A stretch of 64,000 nucleotides of DNA from NCBI GenBank assembly GCA_965644265.1, contig OZ286459.1, positions 67,332,001 through 67,396,000 of the forward strand, read 5' to 3'. The notes below the pieces were generated by a model that saw nothing but the letters and a program-made list of their open reading frames with translations, was not told where the DNA came from and did no database searches. A program made the translations under genes and the position numbers. Position 1 is the first letter of the stretch, and each line of letters opens with the position of its first letter. The DNA comes from Glycera tridactyla. Taxonomy: Eukaryota. Positions 63,631 to 64,000 of this stretch are shown piece by piece.

Positions 63631-63900
63631 AAAAAAGAAAATTGTTTGTATCTGTGTATTTGGTTGTATCTGTAAGTTTGGAATTCATTGAGACAGCAGA
63701 ATCAACGAGGTTCGTTAATTGTCTGTATGGTGTAAGGCCTCTCACACTCCCCTTGGCTTTCCTTTCTTGGTTATGTGAGATTCTCTGGGAATAGACATGC
63801 TTCTGCTCTTCTCCTCTATGACTGGCGTCCATTTCTTTGCTCTCTCCACAATTACATAAAAGACTCTCAACACATAAGCACACACATGGATGCACTCACA

Positions 63901-64000
63901 TAGTCAAACCTGCTTGAGAGACCACCTCTCCATGAAGACCACTTGCTCATAAATGTCACCCTGAGCTGCGACCATGATACTTTTTTCACCCGTAAATGAC
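63901..64000 (-). mobile_element. MITE family A, partial at the window edge
   Basis: AGTCAAACC...CACCCTGAGCTGCGACCATG matches the reverse copies at 18.2 and 39.8 kb. Confidence 0.7.

Overview
This is AT-rich, CpG-depleted animal DNA, most likely from an invertebrate. It has five N-gaps, most of them beside microsatellites. It is not prokaryotic: there are no operons, rRNA, CRISPR arrays or intact long ORFs, and no host protein-coding gene could be supported. Nearly everything recognisable is transposon-derived. (1) More than 25 TA-flanked, CAGT-ended Tc1/mariner (pogo/Tigger-like) MITEs in several families, two with long CpG-rich interiors. (2) One hAT MITE with an 8-bp TSD, plus two CAGGG-ended elements that each have a 5-bp TSD (hAT5-like). 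(3) Several Helentron-associated (HINE/DINE-1-like) elements with ~145-147 bp core repeats. (4) A 5'-truncated, disabled CR1/L2-group LINE at 35.4-37.5 kb, an L2 3' end and other LINE tails. (5) A tRNA-headed SINE. (6) Very decayed Penelope-like RT, Gypsy-like integrase and possible L1/Tx1 remnants. (7) Eight tandem arrays with 22-147 bp units, several derived from transposons. I found no convincing new biological system. The best leads are the 5-bp-TSD elements, transposon-seeded satellite formation, the SINE family, a paralog-defined empty MITE site, and the LINE inserted into a tandem duplication. All coordinates were read by eye and family names rest on motif recognition, not database searches.
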